DNA of 64,000 bases from an uncultured delta proteobacterium (GTDB lineage: Bacteria; Myxococcota; Myxococcia; SLRQ01): positions 1,024,001 through 1,088,000 of the forward strand of contig CAVSGM010000001.1 of assembly GCA_963727485.1 (NCBI GenBank). The letters are read 5' to 3'. The notes beneath the pieces are model-generated. The model was not told the origin of the DNA. It saw only the letters and a list, made by a program, of their open reading frames with translations, and searched no databases. This document shows positions 32,694 through 41,778 of this stretch, piece after piece; positions within the stretch are counted from its first letter, which is position 1, and every line of letters begins with the position of its first letter. The translations under genes were made by a program, and so were the position numbers.

Positions 32694-34054
32694 AGACCCG
32701 GATGCTCCTGGTCGAGGACGACCGCGACCTGGCCGACACCCTCTGCCTCGGGCTCTCGCGCCGCGGCTACGAGTGCACCTGGTGCGCCGGCGCCGACGAG
32801 GCCCTGGCCCGGCTCGACGAGGCGCCCGCGGAGGTGGTGGTCACCGACCTCCGGCTCAAGGGCCTCGACGGCCTCGACCTCTGCCAGCGGATCAACGCCG
32901 GTCACCCCGACGTGCCGGTGATCGTCCTCACCGGCTTCGGGAGCCTGGACACGGCGGTCGCCGCCATCCGCGCCGGGGCCTATGACTTCCTCACCAAGCC
33001 GGTGGACGTGGAGGCCCTGGAGGTGGCGGTGGAGCGGGCGGCCCAGCACCGCGCGCTCACGGTGGAGGTGGCCCGCCTGCGCAAGGCGGTCTCCGCGCCC
33101 CACGGTCTCGAGGGCATGGTGGGCGAGAGCCCGGCGATGCGCCGGGTCTTCGATCTGGTGGAGCGGGTGGCCGACACCGGGGCCTCGGTGCTCATCACCG
33201 GAGAGACGGGCACCGGCAAGGAGCTGGTGGCGCAGGCGATCCACAGCCGCAGCGGCCGGGCCCAGGGCAACTTCGTGCCGGTGAACTGCGCCGCCCTCCC
33301 GGAGAACCTCCTGGAGTCCGAGCTCTTCGGCCACGTCCGGGGGGCGTTCACCGGCGCCGGCGACACCCGCGAGGGCCTGGTCGCCCGGGCGAGTGGCGGC
33401 ACCCTCTTCCTCGACGAGATCGGCGAGATGCCCGTCGGCCTCCAGCCCAAGCTCCTCCGGGTGCTCCAGGAGAAGCGGATGCGCCCGGTGGGCAGCGACA
33501 CCGAGCGCAGCGTCGACGTGCGCATCGTCGCCGCCACCAACCGGGACCTCGAGGCCGACGTGAAGGCCGGGCGGTTCCGGGAGGATCTCTTCTTCCGGCT
33601 CAACGTGGTGCAGATGGAGCTGCCGCCCCTCCGGGCCCGGGGCGACGACGTGCTCCTCTTGGCCCAGCGCTTCCTGGAGCGGGCCGCCGCCGCCGCCAAC
33701 CGGCCGGTCACGGGCCTCGCCAGCGCCGCCGCGGACCGGCTCCTCGCCTACGACTGGCCGGGGAACGTCCGGGAGCTGGAGAACTGCATCGAGCGGGCGG
33801 TGATCCTCGCCCGCTACAATCGCATCACCGTCGACGACCTCCCGGCGAAGGTCCGGGGCGTGGCGCTCACCGTCCGCCCCGGGGGGGACGACGGGGCCGA
33901 GGTGGAGCTGGTGCCCCTCGAGGTGGTGGAGCGCCGGCACGTCCTCGCGGTCCTCGAGGCCGTGGGCGGGCAGCGCACGCGGGCGGCGGAGATCCTCGGC
34001 GTCGACCGCAAGACCCTCTACCGGAAGCTCGAGCGCTGGCAGGCCCACGAGTGA
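32690..34054 (+). CDS. Sigma54-dependent response regulator (NtrC-type enhancer-binding protein)
   Basis: REC domain, GETGTGKE, ESELFGHVRGAFTGA, FLDEIGE, WPGNVRELEN, Fis-type HTH. Confidence 0.96.
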   Translation: MKTRMLLVEDDRDLADTLCLGLSRRGYECTWCAGADEALARLDEAPAEVVVTDLRLKGLDGLDLCQRINAGHPDVPVIVLTGFGSLDTAVAAIRAGAYDFLTKPVDVEALEVAVERAAQHRALTVEVARLRKAVSAPHGLEGMVGESPAMRRVFDLVERVADTGASVLITGETGTGKELVAQAIHSRSGRAQGNFVPVNCAALPENLLESELFGHVRGAFTGAGDTREGLVARASGGTLFLDEIGEMPVGLQPKLLRVLQEKRMRPVGSDTERSVDVRIVAATNRDLEADVKAGRFREDLFFRLNVVQMELPPLRARGDDVLLLAQRFLERAAAAANRPVTGLASAAADRLLAYDWPGNVRELENCIERAVILARYNRITVDDLPAKVRGVALTVRPGGDDGAEVELVPLEVVERRHVLAVLEAVGGQRTRAAEILGVDRKTLYRKLERWQAHE

Positions 34055-34068
34055 GGCATCGCGCCCCG

Positions 34069-34187
34069 CGGGGCGCTTTGCCCCGGGATTCCTGGGGCCA
34101 CCGGGCCGGGGCCTTTCGCCTAAGTGCTTGAACAAAAAGGGAAAGTCCGGTAGCCGGTCGGGCGTGGTCGTGGGCACGGACCCTGCA
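34069..34187 (+). promoter_or_regulatory. Sigma54 promoter with upstream palindrome and IHF-like site
   Basis: CGGGGC-N5-GCCCCG (34069-34085); TCAA-N4-TTA on the minus strand (~34121-34131); GGCACG-GACC-CTGCA with GG 34173-74 and GC 34185-86. Confidence 0.6.
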
Positions 34188-34256
34188 GCATCTTCTCCAC
34201 AGGTCCGGACGCGGGCGAGGCGGACGAGACCCGGGCCCCGACCAGGAGGCTTCAAG

Positions 34257-34700
34257 GTGCGCAGCGACGAATCCGGAACTGGGACCCACGGGGGCGGGCA
34301 GCCGGCCCGCGCCCGTGGACGGATCGTCATCGCTGAGGATGATCGCGAGATGCGCCGCCTCCTGGTCGGGGCGTTTGCCAAGCACGGGTGGGACGTGATC
34401 GAGCTCATCGATGGGGTGCAGCTCGCCGAGTACCTCGCCGACCTGGTCCTCGACGAGGGGGACGTGACCCCGCCGGAGGCCATCGTCTCCGACATCCGGA
34501 TGCCCGGGTTCTCGGGCCTCGAGGTGCTCCACGAGCTGGCGCTCTCCCGGTGGGCGCCCCCGGTGGTGCTCATCACCGCCTTCGGCGACAATCTCGTCCG
34601 CGAGGAGGCCCGGCGTCTCGGCGCCGCGGCGGTGGTGGAGAAGCCCCTGGACCTCGACGAGCTGCGCGAGGTGGTCGAGTCGTTCGTGGCCGCCGCGTAG
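34257..34700 (+). CDS. Single-domain response regulator
   Basis: IAEDD, VSDIRMPG, LITAFG, EKP; AGGAGG before the GTG. Confidence 0.9.
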   Translation: MRSDESGTGTHGGGQPARARGRIVIAEDDREMRRLLVGAFAKHGWDVIELIDGVQLAEYLADLVLDEGDVTPPEAIVSDIRMPGFSGLEVLHELALSRWAPPVVLITAFGDNLVREEARRLGAAAVVEKPLDLDELREVVESFVAAA

Positions 34701-34754
34701 GGCGCCTTGGCACAGGTGGCACCGGACCCGGTGCCCACGGGGTACACTGGGGGT

Positions 34755-36704
34755 ATGTTCCCATTCCGCCCCCGGCTCGTCCCCGTCGTGGTCCTCGGCC
34801 TCCTGACCGCCTGCGGTCCCCCGACGGTGAAGGGGCTGGCGATCACGGCGACCCCGGCCTACGTCCCTGCGGGGCGCACCGTCTCCGTGGCGGCGAAGGC
34901 CACCTACGCCGACGGGCACGCCGAGGACGTGACGGCGAAGGCGGCCTGGAAGGTGGCCGACGCAAAGGTGGCGGGCCTGGCGCCGGGTGCCGGCCCGGGC
35001 GAAATCCTGGGCGTCGCCCCGGGCACGGCGACCGTCACCGCGCGCTTCCAGGGGGTCTCGGGTACCCTGACGCTCACCGTGGGCCGGCCCGTCGGGGGGG
35101 CCGGGGCGGTGCTGCCCTTCGTGGAGTACGAGGCCGAGGACCAGCAGACGAACGGCACGATCATCGGTCCCAGCCGCACCCTCGGGGATCTCGCCGAGGA
35201 GGCCTCGGGCCGCCGCGCCGTCCGCCTCGACGCCACCGGCCAGAAGGTGTCCCTGACCACCACCGCGGCCGCCAACGCCATCGTCATCCGCTACGCCATC
35301 CCCGACGCCCCTGCGGGCGGCGGCGAGGACGCGACGCTGGGGCTCTACGTCGACGGCGTCCGCCAGCAGGACCTGAAGCTCACCTCGCGCTACGCCTGGC
35401 TCTACGGGGGGGCCACCAACTCCGCCAACGACACCCCGGGGTCGGGCGCCCACCACTTCTACGACGAGGTGCACGCGCGGATCGGCGAGGTCCCCGCCGG
35501 GGCCACCATCACCCTCCAGAAGGATGCCCAGGACACCGCCGCCTGGTACGTCGTCGACCTGGTGGATCTCGAGGAGGTCGCGCCGGCAATCCCCCAGCCC
35601 GCCGGCACCCTGTCCATCACCGACTACGGGGCCACCCCGGACGACGGCACCGACGACGCCGCGGCGATCCAGGCGGCCCTCGACGACGGCAAGGCCCAGG
35701 GGAAGCCCGTGTGGATCCCAACGGGGCGCTTCGACCTCACCTCCGCGCCCCTCCAGGTCTCGGGGGTGACCCTGGAGGGGGCGGGCATGTGGTACTCGAC
35801 CCTCGGCGGGCCCGAGGCCGAGCTGCGGGTCTCGGGAAGCGACAATCACCTGCGCGACTTCGCCCTCTTCGGCGAGACCACCTACCGCGACGACCAGCAC
35901 GGCCGGGACGGCCTCGACGGGGCCCTGGGGACCGGCTCCACCCTCGAGCGGCTGTGGATCGAGCACGTGAAGGCCGCCCTCTGGATCGGCGTGGGCACCC
36001 CGCTCACCGACGGCCTCGAGGTGAGGGGGGTGCGCATCCGCGACACCTTCGCCGACGGGGTGAACCTCGACGCCGGGACCAGCCACTCGGTGGTGGAGCA
36101 GTCGAGCTTCCGCAACACCGGCGACGACGGGGTGGCCACCTGGAGCCCGGCTTCAGATGGCCCCAACGCGGTGGGCAACGTGTTCCGCTTCGACACCGTG
36201 CAGGCCCCGTGGCGGGCCAACTGCTTCGCGGTCTACGGCGGGCAGGACACGACCCTCGAGGACGACCTGTGCACCGACACCGCGAACTACCCGGGCGTCC
36301 TCCTCGCCTCCTCCTTCGGCGCCCATGCCTTCGCCGGGACCACCACGGTGGCGCGCGTGAGCCTCCTGCGCGCCGGGGGGCTCTTCGACGGGCACGACGC
36401 CGGGGCCCTGTGGATCCACGGCGACGAGCAGCCCATCGCCGGGGTGGAGGTCCAGGACCTGATGATCCGGGACGCCTCCTACTCGGGGATCGGAATCGGC
36501 GGCCCCCAGGCGGTCACCGGGGTCACCTTCGACAACGTGCAGGTGGTGGGGGCCGGCGCCGAGGGCATCCGCATCGGGCCGCAGGCCACCGGTGCGGCCC
36601 AGGCCACGGCCCTGGTGGTGGCCGGCTCCAAGACCCGGGGCATCACCAACCTCGCCGGGTCGCACTTCCGGCTCACCCGCGTGAAGTGGGACGGCGGCTG
36701 GTAG
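34755..36704 (+). CDS. Lipoprotein with Ig-like domain and GH87/mycodextranase-like beta-helix glycoside hydrolase
   Basis: Lipobox LTAC; Big_2-like TATYADG..EDVT..AAW; EYEAED, EASGRRAVRL, RYAIPD, HHFYDE, GAGMWYS, ADGVN, RNTGDDG. Confidence 0.75.
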   Translation: MFPFRPRLVPVVVLGLLTACGPPTVKGLAITATPAYVPAGRTVSVAAKATYADGHAEDVTAKAAWKVADAKVAGLAPGAGPGEILGVAPGTATVTARFQGVSGTLTLTVGRPVGGAGAVLPFVEYEAEDQQTNGTIIGPSRTLGDLAEEASGRRAVRLDATGQKVSLTTTAAANAIVIRYAIPDAPAGGGEDATLGLYVDGVRQQDLKLTSRYAWLYGGATNSANDTPGSGAHHFYDEVHARIGEVPAGATITLQKDAQDTAAWYVVDLVDLEEVAPAIPQPAGTLSITDYGATPDDGTDDAAAIQAALDDGKAQGKPVWIPTGRFDLTSAPLQVSGVTLEGAGMWYSTLGGPEAELRVSGSDNHLRDFALFGETTYRDDQHGRDGLDGALGTGSTLERLWIEHVKAALWIGVGTPLTDGLEVRGVRIRDTFADGVNLDAGTSHSVVEQSSFRNTGDDGVATWSPASDGPNAVGNVFRFDTVQAPWRANCFAVYGGQDTTLEDDLCTDTANYPGVLLASSFGAHAFAGTTTVARVSLLRAGGLFDGHDAGALWIHGDEQPIAGVEVQDLMIRDASYSGIGIGGPQAVTGVTFDNVQVVGAGAEGIRIGPQATGAAQATALVVAGSKTRGITNLAGSHFRLTRVKWDGGW

Positions 36705-36769
36705 CGCCGGAGCGGACCCGGGGCTAGCATCCGCGGACCATCCGCCCGCCTCGCCGCAAGGAGCCCCCC

Positions 36770-38836
36770 GTGCCCCTGACCTACCCCGACGCCCACCGCG
36801 ACGACGTCGTCGACACCTTCTACGGCACCCAGGTCCCCGACCCCTATCGGTGGCTGGAGCACGTGGACGCTCCGGACACCCGCACCTGGGTGAAGGCCGA
36901 GGAGGCGCTCTCCCGCCGCTTCCTCGACGCCCTCCCCGGGCGCGAGGCCATCCGCGCCCGGCTCGAGCACCTGTGGAACTACGAGCGCTACGGGGTGCCC
37001 TTCAAGGAGGGCGGCCGGTACTTCTACGACTACAACCCGGGCCTCGAGAACCAGAGCGTCCTCTACGTGATGGACGGCCTCGAGGGTCCCCCGCGGGTGC
37101 TCCTCGATCCCAACACCCTCTCCCCGGACGGCACGGTGGCGGTCAACGGCCGCTCGGTGAGCCGGGACGGGAGGTACCTCGCCTACGCCCTCTCCTCGGC
37201 GGGCTCCGACTGGATGACCTGGCACGTCCGCGACGTGGCCACCGGGAAGGACCTGGCCGACGAGGTGGCGTGGAGCAAGTTCTCCGGGGCCAGCTGGGCC
37301 CACGACGGGCGCGGCTTCTACTACAGCGCCTACAATCCGCCCCAAGACCAGAAGCAGGCGCTGACCGCCGCCAACTACGACCAGAAGCTCTACTTCCATG
37401 CCCTGGGCACGCCCCAGTCGGCGGACCGGCTGGTCTACGCCCGCCCCGACCACCAGGAGTGGGGCTTCGCCGGGGACGTCACCGATGACGGACGCTACCT
37501 GGTGATCACCGTGTGGAAGGGCACCAATCCCAAGAACCAGCTCTTCTACGCGGACCTCACCGCCGAGCACCCCAAGGTGGTGGAGCTGCTCACCGGCTTC
37601 GACGCCAAGTGGTCGTTCGTGGGCAACGAGGGCCACGTCTTCTACCTGCTCACCGACGACGGGGCCTCGCGCCGGAAGCTGGTGGCCCTGGACCTCGCGC
37701 ACCCGGACCGCGAGGCGATGCGCGTGGTGATCCCCGAGGGCCAGGACACCCTGGAGGCCGCCAGCCTCGTGGGCGGGCACCTGGTGGCCCGCTTCCTCGC
37801 CGACGCCAAGAGCCGGGTGGCGGTCCACGACCTGACGGGCAAGCAGGTCCACGAGGTGTCCCTGCCGGGGCTCGGCACCGCCGAGGGCTTCGGGGGCCGC
37901 GCCGACGACCCGGAGACCTTCTTCGCCTACACCTCGTTCATCGCGCCGACCACCATCTACCGCTACGACATCGCCACCGGGAAGGAGACGGTCTTCCGCA
38001 AGCCCGAGGTCGACTTCGATCCGGACGCCCTGGTGGCCGAGCAGGTCTTCTACACCAGCAAGGATGGCACCCGGGTGCCGATGTTCATCGTCCACCAGCG
38101 GGGCCTGGAGCTCGACGGCACGAACCCCACCTACCTCTACGGCTACGGGGGCTTCGACATCTCCCAGACGCCGTTCTTCTCCCTCAGCGTCCTGGTGTGG
38201 ATGCAGATGGGCGGGGTCCTCGCCCTGCCCAACATCCGTGGGGGCGGCGAGTACGGCGAGGCCTGGCACCAGGCGGGGACGAAGCTCCACAAGCAGAACG
38301 TCTTCGACGACTTCATCGCCGCCGGCGAGTGGCTCATCGCCAAGGGCTACACCCAGGCCCCCAAGCTCGCCATCGGCGGGGGGAGCAACGGAGGCCTGCT
38401 CGTGGGCGCCTGCCTCACCCAGCGGCCCGACCTCTTCGGCGCCGCGGCGCCCCAGGTGGGCGTCCTCGACATGCTCCGCTACCAGAAGTGGACCATCGGT
38501 TGGGCCTGGGCCTCCGACTACGGCACCGCCGACGACGGGAAGCAGATGTTCGAGGCCCTCTACGCCTACTCGCCGTACCACAACCTCGAGCCCGGCACCC
38601 GCTACCCGCCGACGCTGATCTCCACCGCCGACCACGACGACCGGGTGATGCCCGCCCACAGCTTCAAGTTCGCCGCGAGGATGCAGCACGACCAGGCCGG
38701 GGACGCCCCGGTGCTGCTGCGGGTGGAGACCCGGGCGGGCCACGGGGCCGGGAAGCCCACCGACAAGATCATCGACGAGATCGCCGACCGCTGGGCCTTC
38801 CTCGCCTGGGCCCTCGGTCAGCCGCCGATCCAGTAG
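36770..38836 (+). CDS. Prolyl oligopeptidase (S9A)
   Basis: DPYRWLE, YGYGGF, NIRGGGEYG, GGSNGG, DHDDRV, AGHG. Confidence 0.96.
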   Translation: MPLTYPDAHRDDVVDTFYGTQVPDPYRWLEHVDAPDTRTWVKAEEALSRRFLDALPGREAIRARLEHLWNYERYGVPFKEGGRYFYDYNPGLENQSVLYVMDGLEGPPRVLLDPNTLSPDGTVAVNGRSVSRDGRYLAYALSSAGSDWMTWHVRDVATGKDLADEVAWSKFSGASWAHDGRGFYYSAYNPPQDQKQALTAANYDQKLYFHALGTPQSADRLVYARPDHQEWGFAGDVTDDGRYLVITVWKGTNPKNQLFYADLTAEHPKVVELLTGFDAKWSFVGNEGHVFYLLTDDGASRRKLVALDLAHPDREAMRVVIPEGQDTLEAASLVGGHLVARFLADAKSRVAVHDLTGKQVHEVSLPGLGTAEGFGGRADDPETFFAYTSFIAPTTIYRYDIATGKETVFRKPEVDFDPDALVAEQVFYTSKDGTRVPMFIVHQRGLELDGTNPTYLYGYGGFDISQTPFFSLSVLVWMQMGGVLALPNIRGGGEYGEAWHQAGTKLHKQNVFDDFIAAGEWLIAKGYTQAPKLAIGGGSNGGLLVGACLTQRPDLFGAAAPQVGVLDMLRYQKWTIGWAWASDYGTADDGKQMFEALYAYSPYHNLEPGTRYPPTLISTADHDDRVMPAHSFKFAARMQHDQAGDAPVLLRVETRAGHGAGKPTDKIIDEIADRWAFLAWALGQPPIQ

Positions 38837-41502
38837 GTGGCCTTGACCATCACCGTGTGCTGGGGCGCGCCGCCCTGGCACAGGTGCTGCCAGGTGCCCA
38901 GGTGGTAGTTGCCGCGGTCGGTGATCCCGCCGCCGCAGCCGAGCTGGTAGACGAAGAAGAGGGTGGAGCCCGGGCGGTACTCCCAGCGGAGCACCACGTT
39001 CGCCTGGAGGCCGGTGAAGGTGAACGACGGCTGGTCGAAGGTGTAGGGCGTGGCCGAGTCGGCGGCCTTCACGGTGACGGTGCCGTCGCCGGTGGTCGCC
39101 GAGCCGGTGCCCCCGGCGAAGGGGGCGAACTCCCGGTACCCCGGGCGGAGGAAGTACTTGAGGCCCCGGTAGGCGCCGGTGACCACCGTCCCCCGGACGT
39201 AGCTCTGGAGCGAGAGGTGGGGGGAGAAGGTCCAGTCGGCCCGGAGGTCCACCGACGACACCACCTGGTCGATGCCGGCGAAGACGTAGCGGGTCCCGAA
39301 GGTGCTCACCGCCGCCGGGTCGGGGTAGGCGTCGACGTACTGGGCGTCGCTCTTGCGCAGCTCCACCCCGGGGCCGAGGCTGATGGAGAGGGCGGGCAGG
39401 GGCTGGAGGTCGAGGCTGCCACCGACGTAGGCGTCGTGGGTGCCGATGAAGGTGACGTTGCCCGAGGTGTTCATCCCGAGGCGCACCGCCCGGCGGGTGT
39501 CGGTGGAGGTCTCGAGGTACCAGCCGAAGCTCGCGGGGGTCGCCGCCAGGGGGCCGCCGCGCAGCAGCCGGTCGTCCTTCGCCGGCGGGTGGAGGCCCAC
39601 CCAGAAGTTCACCGGGACGAAGCCCCGGGTGAGCACGCCCCCGGAGAGGCCGAGCTCGCCCCCGAGGAGGTCCTGGCCGAAGTTGGTCTGGGCATAGAGA
39701 TCCATGCCCACCGCCCATCGTTGGAGCAGGCCCTTGGCGTGGTTGTCCTGGCGGGAAGCCGAGGCCCCGAGGTGCATCTCGTCGGCGCGGTTCTCGAAGC
39801 CGAGGTCGTTGACCTCGAACCTGGGGCTGGTGAAGCCGGCGTTGAGGTCGAAGTTGAAGACCTTGTTGGTCTGGGTCCCGAAGTGGACCTTGCCCTCGAG
39901 CCCCGAGAGGCTCCGGGCCTTCGGGTCCACCGAGAGGTAGCCGGCGTCCGGGCGCTGGGCGTACCGGGCGAAGTTCTCCTGGAGGCCGGTGATCACCGCC
40001 GGGCTGCCCTGGACGAGGCTGCCGAGGAGCTCCCCGGTGAGGTAGTAGCGCTTGTGCTGGATGCCCAGGTTCCAGTCGAGGCCGCCGCTGTAGGCGCTGC
40101 GGGTGAGCTGGCCTTCGAGGTTGGCGGTCAGCGCCCGGTTCACCGCGGTGCCGGTGAAGCCCACCTGGGAGTCGCCGTGGTCGAGGTCCTGCTTGGCCCG
40201 CACCACCAGGTAGTTGGACAGCGGCTGGATCTGGAAGCCCGGCTCGTCGAGGAGCGGCGCGCCCTGGGCGTCGACGTACTGCTGGGAGACCGGGGCGGTG
40301 ACCGCCTCCAGGACGCCGATGGAGGTGCCCCCGTGGGTCCGGCCGGTGACCTTGGCGGCGCCGTAGATGGGCGTCTGGTCCGGGGCGGCGGTGAAGGCGT
40401 AGTGGGCCGGGTCCTCTGGCGCGCCGAGCGGCGGGCCGCCGATGCGCCGGGTGTAGAAGAGGCTGGTGCCGCCGCCGCTGCCCGTGCCGAAGATCTGGAC
40501 CCCGTCGAGGAAGAAGGGCCGGCGCTCGGTGAGGTAGAGCTGGTCGGCCGAGAGGTTCACCTGGGCCGGATCCGCCTCCACCTGGCCGAAGTCGGGGTTG
40601 AGGGTGGCGTCCACCTTCCAGTCGGGACCCAGGGCGTAGGTGAGGTCGCCGCCGACGCCCAGGCTCAGGTCGTGGCCGGTGTGGAAGGGATCCCGGGGGG
40701 CGTCGGGCCGGTAGAAGCTGCCGCCGCCGGAGAGGTAGGGGGTGACCTGGAGCGCGTCGGGGGGCTGGAGGTGGTCGAGGCCCGAGAGCAGCCCCCAGCC
40801 GGAGACCTCGATCCCGGCGTTGGTCGGGATGGGCTGCCACCGGTCCTGCTCGCCCTTGCGGGCCACCAGCCGGAGGAACTCCAGCCCCCAGGTGTGGGTG
40901 CTGGCGTTGAAGTTGAGCTGGCTGAAGGGGATGGCGATCTCGCAGGTCCAGCCCTTCCGGTCGACGTGGACCTTGCTCGCCCACACCGCGTTCCACTCGG
41001 TGTTCCCGTTGGTGTCGTCGAAGAGGTAGAGGTCGCGCTGCACCCCGGCGGCGCTCACCTGGAACACCGCGCCGGTGCGGCGGTCATGGTAGGGGTCGAG
41101 GCCCACCACGAAGAGGTCGGCCTGGCCGCTGTCGGTGTCCCGGCGGTAGAGGGCCCGGGCGATCCGGGACGGATCCGGGTCGTACATCCGGGCGCCGATG
41201 TAGAGGTGGCTGCGGGTGTAGAGGACCCGGACCTCGGTGCGGTAGCTCGCCGGCTTCCCGTCGTCGGGCTGCTGCTGGACGAAGTGGGTGGCCACCGGTG
41301 CGTTCTGCCACTCGGGGTCGTCGAGGCGCCCGTCCATCTTCGGCGCCCGGGCGACGGCGACCGCCCGGAGGTGGCGCCGGGGGGCGCCGGGACGGACCGA
41401 GGTCACGAGGGCCGCGGCGGGGACGCCCTCGCCGTCGGCGAGGGCGGGGGACGCGATTGCCAGGACGAGGGCCGCGGCGAGGAGCTGGACGAGGGTGCGC
41501 AT
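38818..41502 (-). CDS. Exported CBM9-like + DUF5916 domain protein
   Basis: Signal peptide; MDGRLDDPEW, EIAIPFSQL, ATLNPDFGQVEAD, ERRPFF, LFYTRRIG, NVVLRWEYRPGSTLFFVY, C-terminal KATYW. Confidence 0.85.
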   Translation of the reverse strand: MRTLVQLLAAALVLAIASPALADGEGVPAAALVTSVRPGAPRRHLRAVAVARAPKMDGRLDDPEWQNAPVATHFVQQQPDDGKPASYRTEVRVLYTRSHLYIGARMYDPDPSRIARALYRRDTDSGQADLFVVGLDPYHDRRTGAVFQVSAAGVQRDLYLFDDTNGNTEWNAVWASKVHVDRKGWTCEIAIPFSQLNFNASTHTWGLEFLRLVARKGEQDRWQPIPTNAGIEVSGWGLLSGLDHLQPPDALQVTPYLSGGGSFYRPDAPRDPFHTGHDLSLGVGGDLTYALGPDWKVDATLNPDFGQVEADPAQVNLSADQLYLTERRPFFLDGVQIFGTGSGGGTSLFYTRRIGGPPLGAPEDPAHYAFTAAPDQTPIYGAAKVTGRTHGGTSIGVLEAVTAPVSQQYVDAQGAPLLDEPGFQIQPLSNYLVVRAKQDLDHGDSQVGFTGTAVNRALTANLEGQLTRSAYSGGLDWNLGIQHKRYYLTGELLGSLVQGSPAVITGLQENFARYAQRPDAGYLSVDPKARSLSGLEGKVHFGTQTNKVFNFDLNAGFTSPRFEVNDLGFENRADEMHLGASASRQDNHAKGLLQRWAVGMDLYAQTNFGQDLLGGELGLSGGVLTRGFVPVNFWVGLHPPAKDDRLLRGGPLAATPASFGWYLETSTDTRRAVRLGMNTSGNVTFIGTHDAYVGGSLDLQPLPALSISLGPGVELRKSDAQYVDAYPDPAAVSTFGTRYVFAGIDQVVSSVDLRADWTFSPHLSLQSYVRGTVVTGAYRGLKYFLRPGYREFAPFAGGTGSATTGDGTVTVKAADSATPYTFDQPSFTFTGLQANVVLRWEYRPGSTLFFVYQLGCGGGITDRGNYHLGTWQHLCQGGAPQHTVMVKATYWIGG

Positions 41503-41627
41503 GGGGGCGGGGCTCGGGGGCAGGAGGGCAGAGGTGCCCCGTCGTACGCCGGAGGGCCGCGGCGCATTTCGCGCGCCGTGGCGCCCGGGGGACCGGCCGC
41601 CTGCCGCCACCCGGGGGCGTCCACTCA

Positions 41628-41740
41628 GTGAACGGATCCGGCCGCCGTTCACATGCTGAACGGACCGCCCTCGCCGCCTGGCTGAAAATACAAATAAAAT
41701 CATGTGCTTGTATCCTGGTCGTCCTGGCACGCCGGTTGCC
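41628..41740 (+). promoter_or_regulatory. Sigma54 promoter with enhancer-like repeats and IHF-like site
   Basis: TGGCACG-CCGG-TTGC (41725-41739); AATCATGTGCTTG after an AT tract (41698-41710); three TGAACGG half-sites (41628-41663). Confidence 0.75.
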
Positions 41741-41778
41741 CTAGGGAACGGCGAAACCGACTCGACATGGAGCCGCCG

